Source: Octopus sinensis
Taxonomy: Eukaryota
Length of the DNA stretch: 64,000 nucleotides
NCBI RefSeq assembly: GCF_006345805.1
Contig: NC_043015.1
Location: 19,096,001 to 19,160,000 of the forward strand
Reading direction: 5' to 3'
Shown: positions 12,999 to 26,980 of the stretch, in pieces
How positions within the stretch are numbered: position 1 is the stretch's first letter
How the letters are laid out: the number at the start of each line of letters is the position of its first letter
Position numbers and translations under genes: made by a program
Notes under the pieces: generated by a model
Seen by the model: the letters and a program-made list of their open reading frames with translations, nothing else
Told to the model about the DNA's origin: nothing
The model's database searches: none

Positions 12999-14562
12999 TC
13001 CAAACTACAACGACAAAAGAAAAGTGCTTTACAGCACAAACGTTACATGAAATGTTTTGTGATTCTTATTTTTGCATCCAATTTTAAAACATGTTCAGGA
13101 AGTGAATAAACTGTTTGAATCAAACACTGTTGACAAAACAAAATTACTTGAAGATCTTTCAAATTTGATCAAATCTGTTGCTAATATGATAGTGCTGCCA
13201 ACATGTAGAATTGATCCTCTTGATCTTGATTCTTCTATTGAAAAGGTTTTGGATCCTAAACCAAATTTAGGCTGCAGATTTGAGAGAAAGATAGCAGAAA
13301 TGATTACCAAGAAGACTGTAAGAGCCACCGAAGAAAATAATATTCGCAAAAGAACACAATTTTTACTCTGCCTTTATAAAGAGCTCAAGCACCGTTTGTC
13401 AGAAAATATTAATATACTGAGGAATATCAAATGTTTTTCAGTAGAGAATATTTTGCAGCATTTCAAAGAGCCAATTTTACATGCTTCAATTGAAATTCAG
13501 TTTAATAGCATTCATTTAGTTAAATGGACAAATACATCTAATACTGAGGCATTCTAGCTGGAAGTTTTGGAATATAAGATGCTACTGAAAGAAATCCTTT
13601 TAGAGATGTTGCAAATTATTTTGCCATTAATCTATTGACATTGCCAAACTCAAATGCAAAAGTTGAATGGTTGTTCAGTAGTATGGGTGTAATCAAATCA
13701 AAATTGAAAAACAAAATGCATTTTCCTATGCTTAGATCAATACTGTCTATAAAATATGGCCTGAAAAGATATGGCAAATGTTGCAAAAACTTCGATATTC
13801 TAAAACACATGATTAACAAGATTGGGACCTTGAATGTATTACAGAAGTCAAGACCAGGGCATTGCAGCTGAAAGTGATCAAATCAGTGAAATTCAAGAAA
13901 TTATTTCTCAATGCTGAATATAATTAAAGAAAGTAAATAAAAATGTAAATAAAAATTAGGCTTTTTAATATAATTAGTCTTTAGCATTTTTTTTTTCTTA
14001 TTTAGCATTATTTAGCATTTTTGGTGGATATTTTTTCTACTAAAATTTAGCATAATATTGTGATTTTAAGTTGGCAATACTGCATATCGAGCTACATCTA
14101 TGTGTATAAACGTTACTGCTTTTTTTTTCCTGTTTCATTTTGTTTTCCTAGCGCTGATTTCTCATTTCAAATGTCAGGGTTCGAAAAATTTTCTCAGATG
14201 CAGTTCTTAAAGATTGAAAATGAAAAAATTCTTCATAACTGGTTAAATCGTTTATGCCGCGGGAAGCATCATATTTCTTGATAATTAAATTCTGATGTTT
14301 AAAGATAGTGTTACGATTCTTTTGCTTTGAATACTCATATACCACAATGAATTGTTTCTATTAATTTGCAAGTCATGTCAAAATATTTTTAACTTTGCAT
14401 GAATCCAACTGTTTTCCTTCGTCTTTAGATCAGATTTATGGAATTTCATGTTAATTCGTTTATATTTAATGTGTTCTTAACAATAAGTTTTTTAAAAAGT
14501 TGTATCTAATTCTGGCGATCCTTGTCTGAAAAGTACATCTGATGGAAAGATAGATTACAAGG

Positions 14563-14770
14563 CTAATTATTGATGATTTATTCTATATCAAACAGGCAAA
14601 CGTACATTACAGAGATGAATGAGACAATAATATTATGTTACTGAAACCTACCCGTAAGTAATTTATTATATTCCTTATATTTACAACAATGTTTCAGTAA
14701 CTTAATATCATTCTGATAGCCATCTCTATAAAACCATGTTTGCCTGTTTGATATAAAATAATCAATAGCT
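14563..14770. repeat. Imperfect ~80-bp inverted repeat with ~45-bp spacer
   Basis: ctatatcaaacaggcaaac...gttactgaaac versus gtttcagtaac...gtttgcctgtttgatat. Confidence 0.75.
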
Positions 14771-15445
14771 TGACACATTTACTGCATTACCTCAACGTAC
14801 TTATAGTATGATTCAATCAACAGAACGCTGATGTCCTTTTCAACGCCCATTTTGATTTCTATTTCTATAACACAACCAGCTATATGATGATGATGATGAT
14901 GGATCCACCTGTCGGTTTCGACGTTAAGAATTTCGTTGTTCTATTAACTAAATTAACTACTCATTAAATTATGTCGCAAGTAGGTGGGCATTTCACTGGC
15001 GTAGTTACTACGTAAAACCAACGACACAATATATGACTAAGACTTGTTATATAGGAGTTACCCATCTAACGGATTTCCAAACAGTTTCCGTCTTCTGGAT
15101 TTCATTCACAACCTTTCAGTCGAAGATATCAGTGACATAGAACCCGGGACCTCACAATCGTGTAGTCCAATTGAACAACTCGGCATGCCTGCGCTTATTT
15201 CTTATATATATACATATATATATATATATAGTCAACAGTTGAGATCCAGGGAGTTTCGGTATAGAAAACACTTAGTAGCACTCAAATGACTCGAACTTAA
15301 CCTCCGCGGGGTAGAGTGTGGTTATAAGAAGAACCCAGGTGAACAGACATGGGAGCAATCATGCGGATACACAAATTAAATATAACAACTTGGGTTTGAT
15401 ATACAACACACACACACACACACACATTGATATATATATATATAT

Positions 15446-15718
15446 CACGTGATCACGTGACCGACCAGACCATCAGATGTTGCTACACATCGCTGGTCAC
15501 AATACGTTCGCATTGTTTTAGCGAGCAGGCCAACAGAAGAAAGAGTGAGAGAAAGAGTGGTGAAAAAGTACAGCAGGGATCACCACCCCCTGCCGGAGCC
15601 TCGTGGAGCGTTTAGGTGTTTTCGCTCAATAAATACTCACAACGCCCGGTTTGAGAATCGAATCCGCGATCCTACGACCGCGAGTCCGCTGCCCGAACCA
15701 CTGGGTCATTGCGCCTCC
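15446..15718 (-). mobile_element. tRNA-derived SINE (family A head, different tail)
   Basis: Reverse complement shares the head and body of the 353-638 copy (ggaggcgcaatgacccagtggtt...gagcgaaaacacctaa), then diverges. Confidence 0.8.
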
Positions 15719-16551
15719 ATATATATATATATATATATGAGAAGTGCTTTACGAGACGTTGTTTCTGTTCAAGAGTTTTAGCTTAAAAATAAAAACGTAC
15801 TTTGTGAAAGAATTTACTAGTACGTCGAGGCGTTACTGTAATTTCTTTTTTATATATTTATTAATCATATAAGATTTTTAGAGTATACATAGTAATTAGT
15901 AGCTTTTAATTATTTAATTTATTTAGTATTAAGTATTATTTATCATAGTTATTTTAATAATAAATTTTATAGTATAGAGTGGTTCTATTCTTTAATCGTG
16001 ACTTCATTCTATTTACATTTATTGATAAACCATAACTTTTTCCATTGACAATTTTAATTCACAATTTTCATTGATAAAACGTATTTGTAGTTCTTCACTG
16101 TTAAAGAATTCTTCAACAATTTATTCTTTTTTTTGTTAATAATGTAATTCCACGAGTATTTTTATAAACGCTGAAAAGACGTTTTCAGATTTAAAATTTT
16201 AGTTCATCACAAAACCTTGCAAAGCTAAGTATATATTTATATTTAAGATTTTTAAATTTTAAAATTTTAATATTTTAATAAGTCTTATTGTATAATTTTG
16301 TATTTTATATAAATACTGTTTGTTATATAATGATTTAGTTATCGTAGTTTTTTTCTATATAATTATTAGATTTTAACTCTACGTTTATTCGTAAGACTTT
16401 ACTTAGCCAAAGAGATATATATATCGTTAACAGTTTTACGAGTTTTTTTAAAGTTAGGTTTCATGTATATACATGTATTGATAGCATAAATTCTAGTCTT
16501 TAATAACTATATTGTTGGAAGTTATTTTAAATATTTTATAATTGTTATTAT

Positions 16552-16593
<42 letters not shown>

Positions 16594-17340
16594 ATATATA
16601 TTAATTGATAATTGATAGTAGTATTTTTTCCATTGTTAAATTTATTCGTAGTATTTATTGGATACTATATAACTACGGATTGATTATTTCATTAAGTATT
16701 TTATTTCATTTTAGTTCTTAACTATACGGTTTTGTAAGTTATTAATTAGCCAACGAGATATATGGATCATTAATTAGTTATAGCGTTATTTTAAGATAGT
16801 TTATTTGTTTATTTACAATTTGCTTTTTCATCTTTAATCTTTTAATATATTTATAAGTAATAATGAATAATTAATTTATTAGGTCTTTATTATGCGTGCA
16901 TATATATTTATTGATAGAGATCATTTTAGATCTTAATTTATATACATTTATATATATTCATTGATAATTTAGTTATTATTCAAATATTATATAATTATTT
17001 GACTTGAAATTAAATTTAATAATATGAATAGTGATTTTTTTGGTTAAATATTTAGGTAATTAGATATTGACTATAACTGAGATTAGATTATATGTGGGTT
17101 TATTATTTTTTTTAAAGCCATATTATCTCTGAATAGATAAATACATTTTCTATCTATTCTTACCTTAAAAATTAATTCTTAAAAATTAATATTTAACATT
17201 ATAATCGATTGTATGACATAATCATAATCGTTAAAGTTTCTAGTTTGATAATAGAGTTTTTTATAAGAAAAATTATTATTTTATTTATTTATTTAAAAAA
17301 TATCGTTTAAATATATTTGATTATTTATTTAAATATTATC

Positions 17341-17442
17341 ATTAACCTGAAGATTGACTATAACCATAATTCGAATTATTAATTGAATTTAAATTATTTT
17401 TATTCGAATTAGGTTATGGGCATGAAACGATCGTAGTGGTTT
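17341..17442 (+). ncRNA. Type-I hammerhead-like motif with long stem II
   Basis: CTGAAGA - ~22-bp imperfect stem II - GAAAC GATC GTA (palindromic stem III ACGATCGT); stem I weak. Confidence 0.5.
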
Positions 17443-17579
17443 TACTTTTTATCTTATATTAAACTTTTTAATACTTTTTGATAGTTATATATTTAAAAAA
17501 ATTAAATAAATAAATATATAATTAAAAATATAAAAAATAAAAATAAAAATTAAAATTAAAATTATAATAAAAAATAATA

Positions 17580-17611
<32 letters not shown>

Positions 17612-17878
17612 ATATATATATAAATTTATAAGTATAAATTAATAATTTTAAAAATTTCAAAAATTTTAACTTTAAATTTAAATAATTTAAATTTTGAATT
17701 TTATATATTATATTTTTTGTATATAATATTAATTAATTTATTTCTATGTTTTGGTTTATGTTTTTCACTGTTTGATTTGCCTAATAGTGGTTTTATCTCT
17801 AATTTATATATATATTTATACAGTAAAATTAGATTTAATCCTAAATCTAATTTTTCCCTGTAAGTTTGGATTTACTCC

Positions 17879-17954
<76 letters not shown>

Positions 17955-18362
17955 AATAATAAGCCGGTGCACACTGTTATATGTGCATCTTAGTGTTAAT
18001 TATCGGAGCAACTTCATCATGGTTTACTTTAACTATTGATTGGATACCATAAACTTGACCAAAATTATTCTTTAATGTGGCGTTAGCATTATTAAAAGTA
18101 GTCGAATATTTCGTGAACTTTATATTAACCTGGCCACTTCAGAATTTATTGCTAGCTTCTGCCTTAAATTAGGTCAATGCTCAAGAATTTTCCTATACTT
18201 CTTAATTCATATTCTAGTTTTCTATTTCACCTATGTTGAATAGTATTCTTTTTAATTTTCAAATGAATTAAATTACTTTTGGGGTTGTTAATATATTAAT
18301 ATATTATTATTATGTCTATTTTCTTGCTATTTTGAAAAAATAATTTAATTTAATATTTGCAG

Positions 18363-18449
18363 TGTAATTTTAGCGGGCATAGTTTGTGTTGCGCAATCAC
18401 ACTGTGCACTGGCTCGCAGTGGAAACGTAGGTCTTGACGAAGAAAGACG
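18363..18449 (+). CDS. Weak candidate signal-peptide-like exon (VILAGIVCVAQSHCALARSGNVGLDEER)
   Basis: Acceptor taatatttgcag, locally higher GC, hydrophobic stretch, possible phase-1 donor GTGATT; no in-frame ATG. Confidence 0.2.
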
Positions 18450-18554
18450 TGATTAACTGTTAAGTAAAATTTGGATGCGTAAACAACAGTTCTCCTGATT
18501 TTAATTTCATTGTGTGTGTGTGTATGTGTGTGTGTGTATGTGTGTGTGTGTGTG

Positions 18555-18601
<47 letters not shown>

Positions 18602-21600
18602 ATGAGAAAATGAAGAAAATGAGAAATTGACGTATGGACATCAATTTATCCAAAGATATTCCAACCAATATGAAATTAAATTTTGATCCCTACAGCCGTT
18701 TCCATATCCAATTAGTTCAATTAAAGAAATTAAATTAAATTAATTTAATTTAAAATTTTCAAAGGTTAAATGTGCAAATGAGGAAAATAATATACAAAAT
18801 ACAAGAAATATGTTACTACGTTCTTCTAATTATCCCCATAAGATTAGGAATATGCATCAAAAACATAACCCATATACATTTAATAAAGTTTGAAAATTTG
18901 AAAATCATAGGAACAAGTCCTCTAGTACCAGCCTCAGCAAATTTATTTGAGACCTAAAAGACAAGAAAAAAAATTTTCTGTGGAGTGGAAAATTATAAGC
19001 AGGGCTACTGCTTGGTAATTCTTTCTGTTTTCTCTGTCTTGAAGAGTTGCACCAAATCCTTATTTTCTTGGTAGCGCCTCTTAAATACGAGAATTGAGAC
19101 TGGTTTTTCATGTATTCATGCTTGTAAAGTGTCTCTCAAAAACTACCATTAGAAGTTTTATTTTCATAAATAGATCAATTATATATTAAACCTAATTTAT
19201 GTACTCCCGCATGTTTATGGTATTCAAAAAACTGCCATTGGACATAATATTATTATCATTATTATTATAAATAATTAATTATATATCATAACTACTTGAA
19301 TTTTAAATCTGTTGATACTTTACGTTTTATTACATTACCATCTGTAAATATAAGTATTAAAGAGTGCTTAGAACATACAATATTGATATAAAGAGATTAA
19401 ATTGTAAAAATGTATATTAAGTTTCCTGAACAAGTGACAATATCATTGTGATTGCTATAAATTCAATTAAGCACGTTTGTCATGAATATGTAGATGCTAT
19501 TTTCTAATATAATTTATTAAACTAAGTTAGAAGTAAACGTATTGATTTATGGTGAATTATGGCTTTAGTAATTTTTATTATAATAATAATAATAAATTTT
19601 TATCAATTGTATTAGGTAACGTTTAAGTTCTCCTTTGTTTACATAGTTGTAATGACAATAACATTTGCACACAAATATCGACGCGATGTTGTAATTAGTA
19701 GATTTTGATAAGTCATATTTTTTGTTGGTTTCCATCTTTTAACAAACACACGCGCTATTACGTGATAAATGTTACCGCTTTCTCTCTCTCTCTCTCTCTC
19801 TCTCCCTCTCTCAACTTATATATTATGGTTGTATTACTAAATACCGTGTCCCTACAAGTTATTAATATTTACATACCAGCTTCCATGAATGTGTTTAATA
19901 TGTAAATTGATATATCCAATAACGTTTCACCGCTATATGTAGTGGCTATTTAAGCAATGAGTTTGTGCATGATTAATGGGTTGGATGGGTGCTAATGAAG
20001 GAGAAAAACTCCTGAAATGTGTCCTGTATACGCTCATTACCCATTTTTCATCTTCGATTTCATTGTTGTTATTTACACCAGGCGTCTCAGAATCGAAACG
20101 TCCTAACAAAATCAGTACCGGCTATAATTTTTAATAGAAAATCTGTTGAGATAACCTTAACAAGTAATGATAATGTTGATATGAGTAACTGTATGTAGTC
20201 GGTACTCTGTTTAGGGTGTACGTTTATAATTTTCCGTATTCTAGGTAAATATGTATAATTTGTATATATAATTGTATATGAAATTTGTCGGGTACCAGAG
20301 CTTTTGAATCTTAGATTTTCTTATAACTTTTAACTGACTCAAATGGTAGAAAAGGGGTCAAAATCAAAGTCTTGGATATACTACAGATATACTGTATAAA
20401 TATTTAGTAATGCCAGTTTTGTATTTTCACTTTCCAGGGTATTTGTCCTCTTCTTCGTATTGGATGTATTATTTTGTACATTTTATGAAAGTGTCCCTTT
20501 GAGTTTATAGTCAGTTTAATTCTATCGGAGTATAAAATCAGATATGTGTTATGGTGGTAAAAATGTTTCCTAATTCATTACGTCTTAAAAGTTGGTTATA
20601 GCGAGAAAATATTTTAGACCCATAATGAGGTTCATTACACCGTTAATAGTTTTTATTGCATTTTAAATTTCTATGTTGTTTGCAAGGTATGCTCTTGGGT
20701 GATGCTTTAAAGTTTCTTTAAATTTGTCCTGTGCAGAAATTTATAAATGCTATATTTGCATGGGTTTCTTGGAAAACAGGATCTAGGGACATTTGAGTTT
20801 GGGTCATGTAGATTCGACTCATATTCACTTTTGTATGGCGTTCGTAAAAGGAACAAATATTTTTCTGCGATGAACTTACAGCGTTCAGCAGATTTTCATC
20901 GTCACACGTTATCAAGCCTAATGATGCCTTAAAGAATATTTAAGACTGGAGGAAAGTAGCATAGACAAGAGACATACTTTCAGAAACTTCGGGAGCCTCC
21001 AACTTTCAAACATGTGCTGTAGTCATTTTACTTCCCTAACAATGGGGCTATTACTCTTTAAGTATGAATATCGCGATGTTATACGCAGCCTTAGAAAACC
21101 GAATCATTGTATGACACCGAATCATTGTATGGAATGAAAAACAATCTTGCAATGTTTTGTTCATATTACACTAAAATTATCTGTGAAACTAAACACACAG
21201 CAAAATCAAATTATTTTATTTTATTTATTTATTTTGCTCTTTTCCGCAGATCTCCCTTGAAAATGTGGAAAATCACAAATATTTCCCTCGTGACTTTACT
21301 TTTGCTACACACTGTGTAAGTATATCTCTTCAAAGATACCACCAAGTTTTTCTCCTTATATCCTCTATATAAATTGCAGAAACTATTTTTTCTATCTTGT
21401 TTGAAAAACAACTTAAAAATATAAACTACATAAAATCTTTTAAAATTCTGCATTCCAAAAGTATAATACGCACTTTTCATATTAAAATATTTTGTTTATA
21501 AGCGTGCACACTGTCTGATAGCGTATTTAGTATTTCGCATTGGGTTTTGTATAAGGTGATTCATCTGTGTATATTATTGAATATAAACTCTTTGATCCAT

Positions 21601-22199
21601 TGACACACGGCGCGAATCGTTTCATGATGCTCCATTTGATGGAAAGATTCGCGCATAAGTTAATGGTTCAAAAATCAGCAGACTTTATTTAGCCTCAAGG
21701 TCTCATATCCTATTTAGATCTACGAATTCTATTGACCAACTGAATTCTAGATCTGAAACTTTCATTAAATGTATATTATTGAACAGAAAATACCACCCTC
21801 TCTAGACTAAACTTGCAGTTGCACAAACTTTCTCCTATCCCGATGAAATTAAATACTCCAACCATCCTAACGGGATAAAGGGATGCAAGTTCCTTTACTT
21901 TCATATTTCTTTTTTCTTTCTTCTCATTCCCATTTTCTTTTTATCTTTTTCCTCTCTTCCTTTCTCGTCCTTTCTCACTTTATTTTAAAAAGCAGCTATG
22001 TTGCTTAGAAATACAAGGTACGCTATACAAGCTTATCCGACCATTGCATTTTTAGAGGCATGAAACAAACAGTAGCTCCAATTTAAATCCTATATATAGC
22101 AAATGGTATGTACCTTTCACTGGATGAAGTACTTTTTTGTTTATGCCATCAATAATGGAGCAGAACGTTACACAAACACACACACACACACATGTATGT

Positions 22200-22910
22200 A
22201 TTTATGTATGTATGTCATTATTCAGTTTTATTTCAAGATTTCTTGCCAACAGAGAAAGAGCTGGTTTCTAACCTAGATCTAAGGTTCCTTCATTGAAATG
22301 TCAACAACATCAACAGGGTATTTTTGCATGTACGTATGTAAACGTGCAGATTCGTATGTTTTGTTTTATGTATGTATTCTCATGCATATACTTGCATATC
22401 TAGACATGTTCATATATACTTAAATGATAAACTTCTGGATAAAATTCTGTTTTACAGATTTTTACAGTTCCAGTGATGGATTGGATCTGTAGTCTTCTAA
22501 TCAGCTTTCTCCTTTATGGTTTAGAGAACCCTAATTTCTCTAGATTGGTATTTAGGCAGTGTGTTACATATATTAGGGCGCCAATAATTACAGGTATCAA
22601 CCTGAACTGGATAGAGTAACTGCAGATCAGTAAAATTCACTGATCATTTTTTTCACTAACATCTGCTGGGCAGCTAGTTTCTACAACTGTACACAGTTTC
22701 TCTTCTCTATCCCTAATCATTATATCAGATATGTTGTGCTTACACTTTATTGAGGTCTTCACTGGGACATTCCACCGGTACTCCTTTTTATTATGAGTGG
22801 CTATGGCTTCTTCTTTACTGTGGGTTCTTATTTTTTTTCGTCCTCTTGGTTATCTTTTCGACGGATTTCATTATAGAGTGTCCTAGCCACAACATCATGT
22901 CTCATTGATA
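22200..22910 (-). mobile_element. R4/Dong-like (REL endonuclease) LINE 3' portion
   Basis: YLSMRHDVVARTLYNEIRRK motif; nucleotide similarity to 56141-56835; the 3' end abuts (CATA)n. Sequence beyond 22910 becomes AT-garbled. Confidence 0.8.
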
Positions 22911-24382
22911 GATATAATTTATGAATTTTTATATTTTATATTTGATATTTTTATACATTTATACATCCTTTTATATACTACCATAGTGTTAATAATTTAT
23001 TAAAAATTTTTTGATAATTTTAAAGTTGTTTTTATATAATTCACTGGATATGTGAATTCCTATTTTATTATAACTTTTAATCATGCAGTGTATTCATTAA
23101 GTGTTTATATGCCCAATTTGTTTAAATATTGTATCTGAACGTACTCTCTTATACATTTGGTACATCTCTAATTTAATTACTCCATATATTGGATACCATT
23201 CCTTACGATAATTCGTAACGAAGCGAAAAGTTTTTATATTGGTTTAATGTATACTATAAGTTTCTATTCATTTGATAATTTAATTCCGTTATACATTCAT
23301 TATAGAATATTTTTATCATGATCTTCTATACACAATGTTTAACAAAAGGTTTAATATATTTTTCTTATGTATTAAAGTATCCCATTATTAGGTTTTACAT
23401 TTAATTTCTAACCTTTTTTATATATTCATTTAAATTTTTTCGTTTTAACATTACAAATTTGCTAAGTTATAATATACTGCCTCAGTTATTCTCTAATTCT
23501 AAATTCCACCCCTAAATTTTATATTACTTATTCCCTTAGATTTTTCATTATATTCAAGATAAATATTGGCCTTTCCTATCCTTCTTTCTTTCAATTATCA
23601 TCCCTTCCCCATCAGGCATTCCCTTATTACTACCCCACGCCCAACCCTTTTGTGTAGTTGGATTTATGATTCTGGTACATTGAGTTTAAAAGATTGACAT
23701 TAATTGATTTATCACCATTAACTAGAATGCAGTTGACAACTGCCAATGTATTTGATTCTAAATGGTTGAAGACTACATTCTACATATTGTCATCCAGATG
23801 TAAATATCTAGGTCACCCTTCTTTTTTATCTTCATCCCCACTCTCTTACTCCTTAAATTATTGTAGACTCGACAAGGTATGCATTATTTTCTAAACTCAT
23901 TCTGCCAGAAATATGACAACAGAAACAATATAAATATTTTGAGCTTCATTATTGATGTGAATATGTTAAAGCAGTGGTTGTACTCTTTATGTTTGAAGTC
24001 TATGCGGTCATCTGACGAGAACGGTTTCTTTCAAATGATGTAATGAGCCGCTTGAAATGGCCGTAATGAATTGACATCTGTACATCTTCATTACTCATTT
24101 ATATTTTATCCATCGATCTTGGAAGATTCACTTTGGAAATACTATAGAAAGTACCTTTATATAAAGTACATGCGTGAACTACCAAGAGCGGATATATTCA
24201 CTCAGCTGGGTTGCGTTGTCTGCACACACTGCAGGAATATCAGTTGCAAACATTACTGCACAGAATGTTGATATTCAAAATTCAATTAATATTGTTTGGG
24301 TGTGCAGATTATGCCGACCTAACATCATGGTGCCTCAATTTAAGTAACTAATTCAATGGAATCTCAATTATATATATATATG

Positions 24383-24473
<91 letters not shown>

Positions 24474-24531
24474 AAGATTATTTTTACAGATATTCTATAG
24501 AACTTATAACCAGCACTGATTTTTGCTACAG

Positions 24532-24583
24532 TGTTTCGTATTGAGACGTCAGATGTAAACAGACAATATGATCGAAGACAAAA
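24532..24583 (+). CDS. Weak candidate upstream exon of the neuropeptide precursor (xFRIETSDVNRQYDRRQK)
   Basis: Acceptor tgatttttgctacag and donor GTGAGT; the phase-2 exit matches the 26981 exon. It lies between (TA)n tracts in sequence with hammerhead-like relics on the minus strand, so it may be repeat-derived. Confidence 0.25.
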
Positions 24584-24778
24584 GTGAGTAATGACTGCTT
24601 ATGCCATATTTCGGGATTTGTTTTCCATTCTTCAGCACTCATCTAACCTCCGAACACATTGATTATATAGCCACCGCATACAGCGGTGTTAAGTTATTGG
24701 ATATGTCAATTTACATATATAGACGCATTCCTGGGGCTAGTATGTACCTAGAAATCTTTTACATATATATAAATATTT

Positions 24779-24864
<86 letters not shown>

Positions 24865-26980
24865 CCCTCTCTTACAACGACCAGTGACTTGATTTAATTT
24901 TCTCTTTAGATCCTACACTCTCTGATTAAATTTATCTAATTGGTATAACAAATGGTGTGCAGTTATTCTTGAAATAAAAACCTTCTAATAATCATATTCT
25001 TTCAAACCGATGAATGCCCATGAAATCCTGCATTCTGGCCTTAATCATAAGTATTCATACAGCTATTAGATAAATATATGTACACGACACAAATATGATT
25101 ACAGTTTTTGTATCCCTTCATCGATACTAGATTCTGGTTTGGCCAGAGAATTAATTGTCCCTCGTAGAATTTACCACGATGTTCTGCGAGATACGGGAAG
25201 TTTATTTCCTGTAAAGATGACAGAAGTGTATAATTTAGGCGCTGATTTCAAAATCTCATACATCCTAGCAAAAGTATGGTGAATGTACTTTATAAATCAA
25301 TCACCATCCTTTGAAATAATATTTATAAAAGACGTTTTTTTATTGATCCCTTATCTTTTCGACTTTTACTTGTTTACCTTGCTATTTTATATTTGATTTA
25401 TTTAATACCCGACAGGGATCGGTAAATTAATTATCGGAATGTACTGATTTGATTATGAATCAATATATTTTTTTATCTATGTATGTGTAACTATGTATAA
25501 TCTGGTACGTTTTAATATTCTTAATTAAGTGCATCGATTTTTTCACATGTCTCTCTCTTGAAGTACAATTCTATATAAACAATGAAAGGCCGAGGAGGCC
25601 TAAGCAATAGGATACTGTACTTGGTGCAACCTCAGTATGTAGTATTTGGGATACTGCTTTCACACACAACATTTCTAAGTGGTAGATAATTCTTAAATAA
25701 TCTTATCTTTCTACTTCATTTCTGTCCTCACTAATCACAAGTATTATTCTCCCGTATATTATCATTCTCTACTGGACACTTTTATTTTACATCACATAGC
25801 AATGATTTCTTGCCCTTTAAAATTCAGAATGATTACATTTATTACAACTTCCATTAGCAAAACCTTCGATTGCATCTGAAATAAAATTTAGAAAATAACT
25901 AGCAAAGCAGTTTGCCCAAGTGCCCATCAACAATTTTTAAAAATCTTTTTTACAGCAAGTGCTGACAAAACCTTTTCCCGGACTCCATTATGAACATTCG
26001 GATTACCTCAGTTCCCAGTTATCTTTTTACATATTCCCTGAATTATGTTACCTTATAATCAGAAAATGACCACGACACCGGCATGTAGTTCTACAATATT
26101 AACTATTGGTGCTAAATAGGTCGCCACTCGAGCGACTTTGATGAAAAGTGAGAAATTATTCTTTATCAGAAGTACTGAAGATATCAAACTTCCCAAAAAC
26201 CACCCTACTACAATGCATTCTTGTAAATCATGGCAACATACAATCTAAACCTACAACATACATATTTTAATATTCTTTTATAGAGACCATAATTTATTTG
26301 AATAGTAACCCTGAGTCAATGCAAGAAAATACTTCAGATCTGAGTTAAAGCTGATTTTATATAAAGTTCAAAAATCCCTTGCACAAAATGTCTGAACCCT
26401 ATCTAAGAAAGACAACTGTCATTTAAACAATACTTTACTCCTCAAAACTCTATAATTTCGGCCCTTTATATGTACTATTATCATTGCAACAAGTCCAGAT
26501 CTTTTGAGATTCTTGACAGAAATCTTGAAGCTTTCACTTATTTTCTAATGTCACAAACTTACTGTTGTATTTCATTCATTAAACAAGTACTTCATTTCAG
26601 ACTTTCATCACTCCTAAATTCTCTGACCTTATTTTCTTTCCAACCAAAATTTTAAATGCAAAAATAGCATCAAATTCATAAATATATTACAGTAGTTTCT
26701 AAATCTGAATCTAGTAAAAGACGTCTTCACCTAACTTGTAAGAAATTAAAACACGATAACTACAATAAATAATGTTATTTGACTTATTTGTATAAAACTA
26801 ACCCAGGTTTAAATTTTTACTTTCAAGTATTAAATCCATATACTATACATTGTTTTGACGGCAATATATAATTTCGGTTAACTAACAATATTCTCTAAGA
26901 TATTCATTTATGAAATAATAATAATAATTACTGTTAATGCAGACATATCTTTGTGACATTGAATATGTTTTATTTTTCAG

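Larger units (their letters stand above)
9424..14082 (+). mobile_element. hAT DNA transposon (full span, pseudogenised) with nested mariner and SINE
   Basis: Imperfect TIRs TAGGGTTGCCAA / TTGGCAATACTG; subterminal TTTAGCATT repeats at both ends. Transposase remnants from ~11583 to 13871 include LLLDES, CVCHSLQL, TTRWLS and the C-terminal TLPNSNAKVEWLFS dimerisation motif. No 8-bp TSD remains. Confidence 0.85.

Noticed and set aside
15780-17900. Mitochondrial insertion (NUMT) explanation for the AT-rich tract
   Set aside because: No recognisable mitochondrial protein, rRNA or tRNA motifs by eye; a BLAST search would settle it.
26937-26980. ORF-track start MQTYLCDIEYVLFFR as the precursor N-terminus
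   Set aside because: It is not a signal peptide and ends in a canonical polypyrimidine-AG acceptor, so it is intronic read-through.
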